64,000 nucleotides of DNA. It comes from Cenococcum geophilum (lineage: Eukaryota). The stretch lies in the NCBI GenBank assembly GCA_050273025.1, contig CP158635.1, positions 12,214,001 through 12,278,000 of the forward strand, in the 5' to 3' direction. Below the pieces are notes generated by a model. The model did no database searches. It worked only from the letters and a program-made list of their open reading frames with translations, and was not told where the DNA came from. The position numbers and the translations under genes are program-made. The stretch's first letter is position 1, and every line of letters begins with the position of its first letter. This document shows positions 40,001 through 52,140 of the stretch, piece by piece.

Positions 40001-41454
40001 TTTAGGTCTAAGCAGCAAGTTATAAGGCACTTCTGCTTATAATAAGAGGCGGTAAATAGAAGCTTAAGATTGTCCTAATTAATAGTTACCTTATATAGCT
40101 TTATCTAGGATTATTTAAGGATTACTAAGTAACCTAAGGTAGTAACAAAAAGCTTAATTAGTTCTTTATAGTTTAGGTATTAGAGTCTTAGGGCTACCAC
40201 GTAGGTAATACGGCCTAAGATAATGCGTTTACTATTAAATCTAAATACGTTAATATGCTAGTTAAGGGGGGTTAGGATAAAACTATTATCTTATATAAAG
40301 ATCCTATTAATAAATCCTATACCGCTAGCTCCTGTATTAATTAGGATTTAAGCATTAGCCTATTAACTATTCTACTAAAGGCGGCAGTTAATAGTTATAC
40401 TACGGTCCTAAGAGTTAGAGTTCGTAACGTTAAATGCATTTAATAAGATCCTATAGTAGAGCTGTCCTAAAGAGCGACTTAGCTCTAGGACCTTTTTTTT
40501 AAAGGTAATTAGGGCGGGGTTCTTATAGGACATTAGTTAGAGCTTCGTCCTTATAAACGGTGCTTACTAGATAAAGGGCTAGAACTAGATAAGGAGGGCT
40601 ATAATTAATAGCTTAAGATTATACGCGATAAATAGTTATTAACGTTAGCTATTTATAAATTGTTTTAGGGCGTAGGTAAGGGAATAAGGCAGTATTTTAA
40701 GATATAGTCCTTACTTCCGCACTTAAAGTAAAGGCTTAGCTTAATACGTCTTTTTTATTTAGGGGACCCTAGTAAGGCGTACTCTAGGATTCTAGTGTTA
40801 ATATCTATGGCGTTAGGGTACTTAGGCTAAAATAATAACTTAGTAAACGTTTATAGGGTTACCGTATTATATTAGGGGGCGGGCTTCGGTATTAGGCGTA
40901 GTATATTATTATACCGTTTATTAATAACGTTTATATAGGCATTAAGGGCTCCTAATAGGTCTACGCCTATTAGGGGGGTTTTTAGTTTAGGGCTTAGGGA
41001 TTTAATAAGGCTATTAACTAGTGCAGAGTTATTCTAGCCAGTCTCCCTTACGTAATAGTTAAATTTAGAAAAGTATACTAGGAAACTTTTCGTTCCTTAA
41101 GCTATATAGTTTATTTTTCTTTAAGCAGTAGCTTAGCAGTTCGGATTACCGTATATAGTTTTAAGAAGTATAACTAGACTTTATACTAAGTTTAGTTAAA
41201 GGGGTTTAATAAGGTTAGCTACCTCTTCTCTTAGTTAACTTAGGGCGTAATAGAGTCGGTTAGCTTTAGTTAGATAACGGTCAGCATTACTAGTTAGCTT
41301 ATTCTTAAGCTAGCTTAAGAATAATTAGAGCTCTTACTATTTACTAGTAAATACTAAAGGGTTAAATAGCCGTTTAGATTATTACGGTATACATTGGGAA
41401 AATATTCGCAGGATGAGATTTAAGTTGACTTTAGTGTTCGCGTTTCGCGTAATT

Positions 41455-41970
41455 AACATGTAATTTAACTAACTCGACACGTAATTAACCAACTTAATAC
41501 GCAATTGACCAACTTAACACGCAATTTGACTAACTCGACACGCAGTTGACCTACTTAATATGCAATTTAACTAACTTAACACGCAGTTGACCTACTTAAC
41601 ATACAATTTAACTAACTTAATACACAGTTGACCTACTTAATATGCAATTTAACTAACTTAATATATAGTTGACCTACTTAATATATAATTTAACTAACTT
41701 AACACGCAGTTGACCTACTTAATATGCAATTTAACTAACTTAATACGTAGTTGACCTACTTAATATATAATTTAACTAACTTAATACGCAGTTAACCTAC
41801 TTAATATGTAATTTAACTAACTTAACACGCAGTTAACCTATTTAATATATAATTTAACTAACTTAACACGCAGTTGACCTACTTAATATATAATTTAACT
41901 AACTTAATATGTAGTTAACCTACTTAATATATTTAAAAGTTAAATAACACGCAGTTAACCTACTTAACAA
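41455..41970 (+). repeat. Minisatellite 1: alternating 20/21-bp units (41-bp dimer)
   Basis: ACGCAGTTGACCTACTYRAY alternating with ATGCAATTTRACTAACTYRAY; roughly 25 monomers; variants are mostly RIP-type. Confidence 0.95.
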
Positions 41971-42063
41971 CTTTAAAAGCTAACTGTATATTCCTTGACA
42001 TGCAATTAAGGTAAAGTTATATACTAATTACGCAAATGAATTTTTACACAGTTTTATTACTTA

Positions 42064-42390
42064 GAGGCTCTGCATAAGGCTCTATACGAAGCTCTACACG
42101 AAGCTCTGCGTACAGAGGCTCTGCACGAAGCTCTGCACGAAGCTCTGCACGAAGCTCTGCACGAAGCTCTGCACGAAGTTCTGCACGAAGCTCTACACGA
42201 AGCTTTGCATAAGGCTCTACACGAGGCTCTACACGAAGCTCTGCGTACAGAGGCTCTGCCCGAAGCTCTACGTACAGAGGCTCTGCGCGAAGCTCTGCGT
42301 ACGGAGGCTCTGCACGAGGCTCTGCACGAAGCTCTGCACGAGGCTCTGCGCGAAGCTCTGCGTACAGAGGCTCTACACGAAGCTCTGCAT
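42064..42390 (+). repeat. Minisatellite 2: 12-bp unit with a 15-bp variant
   Basis: GARGCTCTRCAC / GAAGCTCTGCGTACA; reads EALH / EALRT in one stop-free frame. Confidence 0.95.
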
Positions 42391-42509
42391 CGGGTCCCCG
42401 CTATATTCCCGATAGCCTCTCCTATGTAGCCACCTTATTTTTTTTATCCATCCATCCTTCCTTACATCCTCCCTACCTAGGGAGGCACCAGAACGGCAGC
42501 TAGCAGAGG

Positions 42510-42852
42510 ACCGTCGCCAGAACTAGACGACCGTTACCAGAACCAGACGACCGTCGCCGTCGCCAGAACTAGAACACCGTTACCAGAACCAGACGACCGT
42601 CGCCAGAACAAGACAACCGTCGCCAGAACCAGACGACCATCGCTAGAACTAGACGACCGTTACCAGAACCAGACGACCGTCGCCGTCGCCAGACGACCGT
42701 TACCAGAACCACACGACCGTCGCCAGACGACCGTCGCCAGAGCTAGACGACCGTCGCCAGAACCAGACGATCGTCGCTAGAACCAGACAACCGTTACCAG
42801 AACTAGACAACCGTCGCCAGAACCAGACAACCGTTGCCAGAGCTAGACGACA
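42510..42852 (+). repeat. Minisatellite 3: 20-bp unit with 14- and 26-bp variants
   Basis: ACCGTCGCCAGAACCAGACG, about 17 copies. Confidence 0.95.
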
Positions 42853-42904
42853 ACGACTAGCCAGCAAACACTATAAACGATTTAATCGATCAATTAAATT
42901 AAGG

Positions 42905-43318
42905 CAGCACAGACAGGTAGGCACAAACAGGGAGATGCTAACGAGTAGGTAGATGCTGACAGGTAGGCAGATGCAGACTGGTAATTAGATACAGATAGGT
43001 AAGCAGATGCAGATAGGTAAGTAAATGCTGACGGGTAGGCAGATATAGATAGGTAGGCAGATATAAATAGGTAGGCGATGCAGACAGGTAGGCAATGCAG
43101 ATAGGTAGGCAATGCAGATAGGTAGGCGATGTAGATAGGTAGGTAATGTAAACAGGTAGGCGATGTAGATAGGTAGGCGATGCAGACAGGTAGGCGATGT
43201 AGACAGGTAGGCAATGCAGATAGGTAGGCGATGCAGACAGGTAGGCAATGTAGATAGGTAGGCGATATAGGTAGGTAGGTAGATAGGTAGGTAGGTAAGT
43301 TAATAGGTAGATAGGTAG
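42905..43318 (+). repeat. Minisatellite 4: 17/18-bp unit followed by (AGGT)n
   Basis: ATGCAGAYAGGTAGGCR, about 20 copies, then an AGGT/AGAT tetranucleotide run. Confidence 0.95.
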
Positions 43319-44149
43319 AAGAGAACCATTGCTATATTATATTAAATTATCTAAAATAATATTTATTTTGCTAGCCTTATAAATAGCCTTAAAGTAGCTT
43401 TTATTTATTTAAAATATGCTATTAGTATAAAAGAGGTAAATATAATTGTGGTTACTAAATGCGCAGATTACTGGCAGGTTTTGCGTAGGTTGCGTGTAGG
43501 TTGCGCGTAGACTGCGCGCAGGCTGCGTGTTAAAAAAACACGATATAGGCTAGTCGGTTGAGTTGCTAAATGCCCTTAACTGCGCGCTAATTGCGTCAAC
43601 CACTAACCATTAAGGCCATTGGTAGGGTACCATATTTTGCCGATGTAGTAGTTAGCTTAGGGTAAATAGCTACTATAGGTTCGGGGCCCACGTTCTACAT
43701 ATTTATCTCTAAAGATAGTATTCGGTCTTAAGGCCCTAACGTAGGCATCTTAAGTATGCGGATTTCTTCTTAGAGGTCCTTAATTATTTGCTAGTATTAT
43801 ACTTCTTATTTAGCTTATCGTTAATTTAAAGTAGTTTAGTTTTATATAAGGGCGTTTATAAAAGACTTCTATATTTCTACTAGTTATTTTTAGAGTATAG
43901 ATATAATACTAACGGCCGTTATAGGGGCTTTAGGGTTATTCTATATTTTGGGGGTAGTATATAAAGTTAACGCAATATAGTGTTACAGAGTAAGTATAAG
44001 TAGCAATAATATATAGTAAGGTAGATATTATTAAGCTATATATATAAACTATATAAGAAGTTAAGACGTTATATAAGGAAAGAAGGTAAAAAACGGGAGG
44101 AAAGGGTATATATTGTTAACTTAGTTACTTAGTTAATACGTATACAGGG

Positions 44150-47100
44150 TGTAATAGAGCCTTATAGCAAGAACTACGGTAGACTCGTTAATGGGCTAGG
44201 TATATAGGTAATGCAGGAAATCAACAACGTAATAATAACTAGTAGAGTGGTTGCCTAATAGATTAACTTTAATTATATTCTAAGAATTACTATAAAGAAG
44301 GAACTATCTAGGTAGGGACTAAGGGTCCTTAAATATACAACCGTACTCCTAAGAAATCCTTCTTATACGTGATGTACGTGATATATATAAGGTACGTAAG
44401 TTCCTCTCGTTTCTTGCGTAGTATACGTAGTATATTATATAACCTTAGTTACTATTCCTCGTTATATAGTTCTATGGGTTCTATCTTAAACTATGCTTAT
44501 ATTAACCAACTAGCTTCTTCTAACTCCTCTCTAAGTAGTTATAACATTTTACTTAAAGCGTCCGTAATACTATCTCCCTTCTTTTTATCTTTGTCCTTAA
44601 AGATACCTAGTATCTCTAGGTTGTTTACTAGAGGTATAATATCTATCTAATTAATTTAGTTAATATCTTTACTTATTATACTTAAAGCCTCTTCTTCTTT
44701 ATACGCGCAACGTTATATATATATAGTTGCTTCTATACTATTGCTTAGTAAAACAATACCGTCTCCATGTTCTCGTTGTGTGAAAAAGAGGTTAGTTTGT
44801 ATTACGTTAGCAAGTCCTTTATTTTAGCAACCCTCTTTTTGCTTAGAGTGTACTAAAGCAAATATCCTAATTGTCTTGCGATGTTCGCTCTTCTTCTAAC
44901 GCTAAATATACGCGTCCTATTACTCTTAATAATCTTTAAGTCCCCTAAGTAATTTATTATAGGGTTTTATATTTAGTCTACTGCTATAAAGCTTAATAGT
45001 AACCTAGTGTAGGCCCTTACTAAGCTTAAGCGTTTTTGTAATGTGGAATAGAAGGCCCTAAATACTTATATTACGGTATCTGCCTATCTCCTTCGTCTTA
45101 AGAAAGTTTATAAAAAGGTTCGTTTTAAGGAGTAGAAACTTATAGAATAAGATTTATAGGAACTTAGTAATAAAAAAACGGATTCTCTTTTAATAGAGAA
45201 GGAAACAACTCTAAGTAGTTCGGCAATCGTTCCTCCTAGGTCCCCCTTAGGTAGTTTATTCCTTAATAATCCTTCTTTATTAATGCTACCTAACCTTTTT
45301 TCTTCTGATACTTCTATACCTTTCCTATAATATTCTTTAAATTTTTTAGTAGCTCCTAGGTAGTCTTATTATAGCCTATCCACTTTACTTTATACTATAT
45401 TTTATTGTCTATGTCCTTATAATTAACGATCTTTAAAACTTACTATTTATCTTCCTCTTATCCTCTATACATGTCTGCTTTATAGACTAGTGGCTTAATA
45501 TTCCTATATACTGGCTTTAGTATCGCGATATACTATACGGGATAGATCTTTATTTTAGCTAGTAGGTTTAACTTAAATGTAATTAGTAAAATTCTTTTTA
45601 TAATTTTAAAAGGTCCTAGTTTAACATAGTCTAACTTCTTACTTAGTTGTTAACTCTTAAAATTTTTATATAGTAGCTATACTTTATCCCCCCCCCTTAA
45701 GATCTAGTCCCTTAGATCTCTTAGTATTATAATACTTTTTTATTCTTTACTATACCACCTTTACTATTTCTATAAGGTTTCTATAAAGATTTATTAGTAT
45801 CTCTATTCTTTACTTAGCTATACTACTCGTTCTTTTCGCTTAATATAGCAATAGTAATATTCCTATTCCTTCTTAAGGTGTTGTATTATATGCGAACTAT
45901 ATAACTAGTAATAATAATACCCAATTGTTCTGTATATAATTAATATAGTGTCTTAGATACTACTTTAGTATTTAATTTAATCTTTCCGTTTAACTGTCTG
46001 TCTGCAGATAATATATAGTAGAAGTTACTGCTTAAACTCTTTGCTTCGCTAAAAATACCTTCTAAAATACTGCTATAAATCTTGGATCTCTATCTAATAT
46101 AATTTTGCTTAGTGCTCCGTGTCTTATAAACACTTCTTTAATATAGATTTTAGCGATATCTTCCGCTAAGATTTCTTCTGTATATACTATAAAGTATCCC
46201 TACTTTATTAGCTTGTTTACTATTACTAAGATTGCGTTATAATCTTACCCGGTAATAGGATCTCTTAATTTTAGCAACTTTATAATAAAGTCCTATAATA
46301 TAACCTCCTATGGTCTCTCTAGTATTTTAATAGGTTATAGCCCTTTATATAGCTTATACCTTATTAGTTTATTTCTTTAGTAATCTAGATATTCCTTTAT
46401 AACTTATCTTGCTAGTCCCTAAATTCTATTAATAATATACTCCTCCTAGAGTCTTAATACTAAGCCTATAGCTCCGTTATGTCCTTAAGTTAGTCCCTTA
46501 TAAAATAACTTAATAAACTCTTTTATAATATTTCTTAGCATATATATTACTTCTTAGTTTTTATACTACTCTAAGTTTAGATCCTCTACCTATATATCTT
46601 AGATCTTTTATAACTATATACTCCCTAATACCTTATAGGTCTAACTAATTTCTCTTATTACTATAATTTTTAGATAATTGTATCTAATTAATCTATCTAT
46701 ATCTTTTCGTAGTAAAGCCCCTAATAGCTTTTCGTTATTTTATAATTTAGCCTTTTTACTTAGAGTATCTACTTATATATTGTTTGTACCCTTAGTATAC
46801 TAAATCTTAAAATGGTATTTTATAAGCATCTCTACCTATCTAACCTATCTCTAATTAAGTTCTTTCGTTATTAAGAACCCTGTTAGGTTTTTATAATCTA
46901 TCTTAACTATAAATAGCTTCTCTATACCTTATAAGAATGCTCTTTATTTCTAAAGTACTATAACTATACCTAATAACTCCTTATTATAAATGTTATAATT
47001 TAATTCCGGTAGTATTATCTTTCGACTATAGTATGCCACAAGGTGCCATCCGTTTTTGTATTTTTATAGGAAGTATACCCCTAGTATAAAGTTTAATATA

Positions 47101-50100
47101 TTTATTTCGACCACTATTTCTAGCTTTAGTTGGCAGATTTTAAGGATTAGGTCTTAAGTAAACAACTCCTTAACCTCCTTAAATAGTTTCCTTTGCTCTT
47201 TTCCTTATATCTAAGGTTCTTCTTTCTTTATTAACCTTATAAATGGCTTAATATCCTTTAACTATTAAGCTATAAACCTTCTACAGTAATTGTAAAACCC
47301 TAGAAATAACCTTAACTATATAACGTTCTCTGGTTCTTACCAATTTACTATAGCCTTAATCTTCTTTAGATCTATGCTAAGTTGGCCTAGTTTAATAGTA
47401 AATTTAATAAAATCTGTTTTCTTAGTAAAGAACTCGCATTTTTTAATTGCTACTAGCATCTGCTCTTTTTATAGTCTCTTTAAGACCTATTTAATATGTT
47501 CTCCATGCTCTTCCTTACTTATTAAGTAGATAATAATATTATTAAGGTATACTATAATAAATTTATCTAAGTGCTCTCTTAATATATTATTAATACGTTT
47601 CTGGAATGTTGCTAGTATATTTATAAGCCTAAACTATATAACTAATGGTTTATATAGTCCTTCCTTTAACCTAAAGGCTGCCTTCTATTTATTACCTTCC
47701 TTAATTTAGATCTAATAGTATACCTATCTTAAATCTATCTTTATAAAGATTTACGCATTACTAATCCTATTTTAGATCTTATTAATTAAGGGTAAAGGAT
47801 ACCTATCCTTCCTAGTGATGCTATTTAACTGTTTATAGTTAATGCATAGCCTAAGTTTTCTATTTTTCTTTAGTATAAATAGTACTAGATATCCTACTAA
47901 TAACTATAATAGTCTAATGTATCCCTTTTATAAGTTCTCCTAGATAAACTTTTTTAGTGCTCTCCCTTCTTCTTTGGTAAGCTTATAGATTAAAAAGAAC
48001 CTTAAACTTATTTCTAGTTCTAATTCTATCTTATAGTCCTATGCTGCATACTCTAACAGCTTTTCACTTTTTAGTAATTATAGTTTCTTACCATATTTAT
48101 GGTATCTCTTTAGTATATAACTTAGTCCTTTATCTATTTCTTTATAGGTTACCCCTACTTAGTACTATACTATTTTAGCCTGTTATTATATCTTATAGCA
48201 TTAAGTATCCCTAATATTAACCTAACCTATAATCTAATTAATCTTTAGATTATATTCCTGTAACTAAGGTATTCCTAATACTGCCTTATTATTCCCTAAT
48301 AGTAATATGTTAAAAGATATCTTAATTTATCTCCCTTTAATAGTTATCTAAATAGGTCCTATTTTAAGATTAATAATACCTCCTCCGTAGGCTATTAGAT
48401 CTCCTAAAATTATAACTAGTAGATAAGGGTACTCCTTTTATCTATGCAGTAGCCCTACCCTTTTAACTACTACTAGTAAGATATAATTCCTTATTACTTT
48501 ACTATCTACTAATACTTCGAACTATTAATCTTACCATTTAACTTATAAATTTAGGTATTATCCTTAAATTCCTTTAAGGGTTTAAGGCTTTACTACTAGC
48601 TTTCTTTAGTTTTATAGGCCTCTACTTTTCCTAACTATTAGCTGTTAGATTTTATTATACTTAGCTTACTTTTTATCCTTAATATACTATAAACACGTAT
48701 TCTCTAGGCATTCCTACTACTATTATCCATCTAAGTATTCTTCTATAAGAAATCTTCCTAGTTAAAGTATTAAGTCTCCTAACTCCTAAACTTTCACTAG
48801 ATGCTAGCCATGTATATACTTAGTATTTTTGTACTGTTGCTTATCTAGCGCCTAATATATCCTTATAAAGTATTTCCAGTTCTTTTCTTTTGGATTTTTG
48901 TATATTTTATATATATTATCTATATATACAATCTATGCCAATATATAATGCGCTGGGTGCTTTAAATTAACTTTTAACTTATTTTTATCCTTAAGTTTAA
49001 ACCTCTGTTGTATTAATCTAAACGTTATAACTTTATTTGCAGGTACTAAGATACATCTTTTACTTCTTTAGTCCTCTAATTATTCCTCTAGATCTTTTAA
49101 TGTTATAATTAAGGCTCCCTTAATATAATTTATTGCTTTTTCTATAATTAGGTAGTTTTAGATAACTCTCTTATCTAACTATATATAGAAATCTTCCTAC
49201 TTATTATTATGTCGCTACCTATACTACTTTTAGTATAGCTATTAGAGTATATACAGCTTGTCCATAAGGAAGTATCTTCTTATTACTATATTGTAATAGC
49301 CCTTTATATACCGTTCCTTAAACCTAGTTAGAATTCCTAGATTCTTTTTATTTTCTAATTTAGTAAGCTATTTAGCTTTTAGCGTGCCTGCTTTTGGCCT
49401 ATTAGTAATTCTTTATACTAGTACTCTATCTTATATATGACTTAGTGTGCTAGATCTTATGTCTAGTTTCTTATCTTGCTATATAATAATTCTTACTCTA
49501 AATTTATCCATTATCTCTTTAACTACTCGCCTTATAAATAGATCTTTAAAGTCTCCTTACTTCTTAATTGTAGTATTAACTTTTTAATCTTTAGGCTAAA
49601 CGCTACGTTCCCCTAGTAAGTCTTCTAGATTTATATATCTGTCTCCTAGTCTAACTGCTATTTATATTATAGATTCTCTAATCTATAAAGAAGCCTCTTA
49701 CCTCTTACTTATAGGTGTCCGTATTTATACTCTAAATTCTTAGTCCCTTAGATTTTTTAATCCTAAGCTTACTTCTTTCTTAAGCTATACTTTAGCCTTA
49801 GTTTAACTAGGCTTTACTAGTGTTTTTATCTTATTTTAAGAGTCTTAAATCTTACTTATCTTGTCTTAAAAGTCTTATATCTTTAGGAAACTTTATTCTA
49901 AGCTTATTTATATATTACTAAACTAAGCCGTTGCTCTGCTCTATTAGTTATTATCCATTATAGGTCCCTAAGTATACCTTATCTTATCTTAAGAATCTTA
50001 AGCCTTTAGCCTTTTACCTTTATTAAGTAGTAAGCTAGTACTAGCAGTTGTTTGCTTACTTAATTATCTTTAAATATTACTCCTTCTGTCTTATAAAGCG

Positions 50101-52063
50101 ATAGATACTGTATCTAATAGTGTTATAATACCTATTACTGAACCTTGCTTTATAGCGGTTTCAGTCTCTACTTCTATTACGTTATTAAGGCTTAAATACC
50201 CCTAGTTAGTTCTTTTTTTTCCCTTATTACTGTTAATTAATAAGTACTTTAACTCTATTATTATTATTACTAATCTTTATCTATATATTACTGTAATATC
50301 TTAATCTAGCTTATAGAGTTAATTTTGTTCTTTATCTAACTCTTTAGTTTCTTTAAGTCCTCTTAACTCTAGCTCCTATAGCCAATAGCTTACGCTATAC
50401 TTAGCGTCTTTATAAATTTAGTATGCGTTATTATAATAAAACGCAAAACTTCTAATTAAATACTCTTTTATTTCTTGTAGTATACTATTATCCCTCTATA
50501 TATATGTGTTATATACTATTAATCTAGTTCCCTTTACTACGTAGTAACTCTAACCACTTCTATAATCTCTAGCAAAATAACCCTATTTTCTATAATTTAT
50601 ATAAGCTCCGTCTTTAAACTATTGCTTTTACTATAAAGTCCGCTTAAATATCTTTTGCTATTAAGATCCTTGGTTTAACCTATGCTCCTTAGTCCTATAA
50701 TTACTTAATTCTTAACTTCTAGGTTTCTATAGTTATTTTCTCTATCTCTTATAGTTTTTTTTAGTACCGCTTAGGTCTATTAGCTCTGCGCCATACTATA
50801 GTTTCTAATTTAACTTTAATTATTACGTACTTTGCACCTTATATAACTATAAAACTTTATCCTAGCCTCTCTTAGCCTATTCCCTTTAGAAGATCCTATT
50901 ATTAATCTTAATTACTTAATCTATTAATTTCCTAAGGGTGTCCGTATCTTCCGTTAGAATAATTACATTCTAAACTTTTACCTTAAGTCCCTATTTATAC
51001 TATGCTATAAGCGCCTTATTATTCTATTTAACCTATATAGCTAACGTCTAAAACTGCGTTATATACTTAATTGCTAAGGTTCGCTATATTAGGTCCTAAA
51101 GCTTTCTTTCTACTATAGTTATTACTTCCAGGTCCCTAAATATTTATATTAATTATTCCGTAAATTTAGTTTAGCTTATAAATATATATCATACTTCCTA
51201 ATTAGTAGTTGTTATACTATTATCCTATATCTCCATAAGGTAGGGTTTAAACTATTTAAGTGCCCTTCCCGTTAGGAATAATCCTGCGTACACTACTTAA
51301 TCTATAAGTATTATTAACTTTACTCCTTCCTATGTGACTTTAAAGTGTATTTATATAAGGAATCCTTTAAGCTTTAATCTCTCTCCTAAGAATTGTTTAA
51401 TTAAAGGTAACTTAACCTTAGCTACTCCTATTTTATTAACCCTTATTTTAAGTGCCGTATTATTATCTATTAACTAATTAACTATTGCCTGTAACTATCC
51501 GACTATAACTAGTTACGAGTTAGTATTTGCTATACTAGTATTATTACCTAACCCTAAGGTTGTTGCTGCCGCTAATAGCGTCATTATGGCTGCTTTTAGT
51601 AGTATATTGTTTAACTTCTAAGACCGTAACTAGGTAGTAATTGTGTAATAGAGCCTTATAGCAAGAACTATAGTAGACTTATTAATAGGCTAGGTATATA
51701 GGTAATGCAGGAAGTTAACAACGTAATAATAACTGGTAGAGTGGTTGCCTAATAGATTAACTCTAATTGTATTCTAAGAATTACTATAAGGAAGGAACTA
51801 TCTAGGTAGGGACTAAGGGTCCTTAAATACACAAACGTACTCCTAAGAAATCCTTCTTATACGTGATGTACGTGATATACATAAGGTACGTAAGTTCCTC
51901 TCATTCCTCGCGTAGTATACGTAGCATATTATGTGACCTTAGTTACCATTTCTCGTTATATGGTTCTACGGGTTCCATCCTAAACCGTACTTATATTAAC
52001 TAACTAGCTTCTTCCAACTCCTCTCTAAGTAGTCGTAATATTGTACTTAAAGCGTCCGTAACA
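44150..52063 (-). mobile_element. Ty3/gypsy chromovirus C (family 1), full length, inserted in the 5' LTR of F
   Basis: 420-bp LTRs at 44150-44569 and 51644-52063; TSD CAGGG/CGGGG; colinear with A and B (gag start about 51605, pol down to about 45250). Confidence 0.95.
44678..45340 (+). pseudogene. Antisense Zn2Cys6-like/coiled-coil ORF of element C (best-preserved Cys codons)
   Basis: PCSRCVKKRLVC-x13-CLEC then SCDVRS after a 1-nt indel (44765-44890); putative 55-nt intron 44908-44962. Confidence 0.65.
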
Positions 52064-52140
52064 CGGGGCAGAATAGGATTTAAATAGCGGTCCTAGCAGA
52101 ACTTAACAAAATTTGGTGGACTTGGTAGAATATAGCAGAA

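Larger units (their letters stand above)
41392..43645. mobile_element. Non-autonomous TIR element composed of minisatellite arrays (superfamily uncertain, CMC/CACTA-like architecture)
   Basis: Imperfect 14-bp TIRs (CATTGGGAAAATAT ... ATATTTTGCCGATG, 12/14 match) with TA on both sides. Removing the element plus one TA restores the F gag frame (..YPKLTTIP**SKRLFNP..). Confidence 0.75.
36124..52140 (-). mobile_element. Ty3/gypsy chromovirus F (family 3); gag split by a TIR element, 5' LTR split by elements C and G
   Basis: 3' LTR 36124-36502; PPT from 36503; chromodomain at about 36550-36720; RT AYINDILIY at about 38915-38943; protease ILINTGASG at about 40320-40348; gag about 40500-43950; 5' LTR pieces at 43981-44149 and 52064-52140. 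Confidence 0.92.

Noticed and set aside
41455..41970. CRISPR-like array
   Set aside because: The alternating units are both repeated, there are no unique spacers or cas genes, and the context is fungal.
42894..43248. Track ORFs with CLHRLP / YLS repeats
   Set aside because: They are translations of the 17/18-bp minisatellite. The 17-bp unit shifts frame and both ORFs lack ATG starts.
44369..44650. 93-aa ORF
   Set aside because: It spans the LTR and PPT of element C and is a chance open frame.
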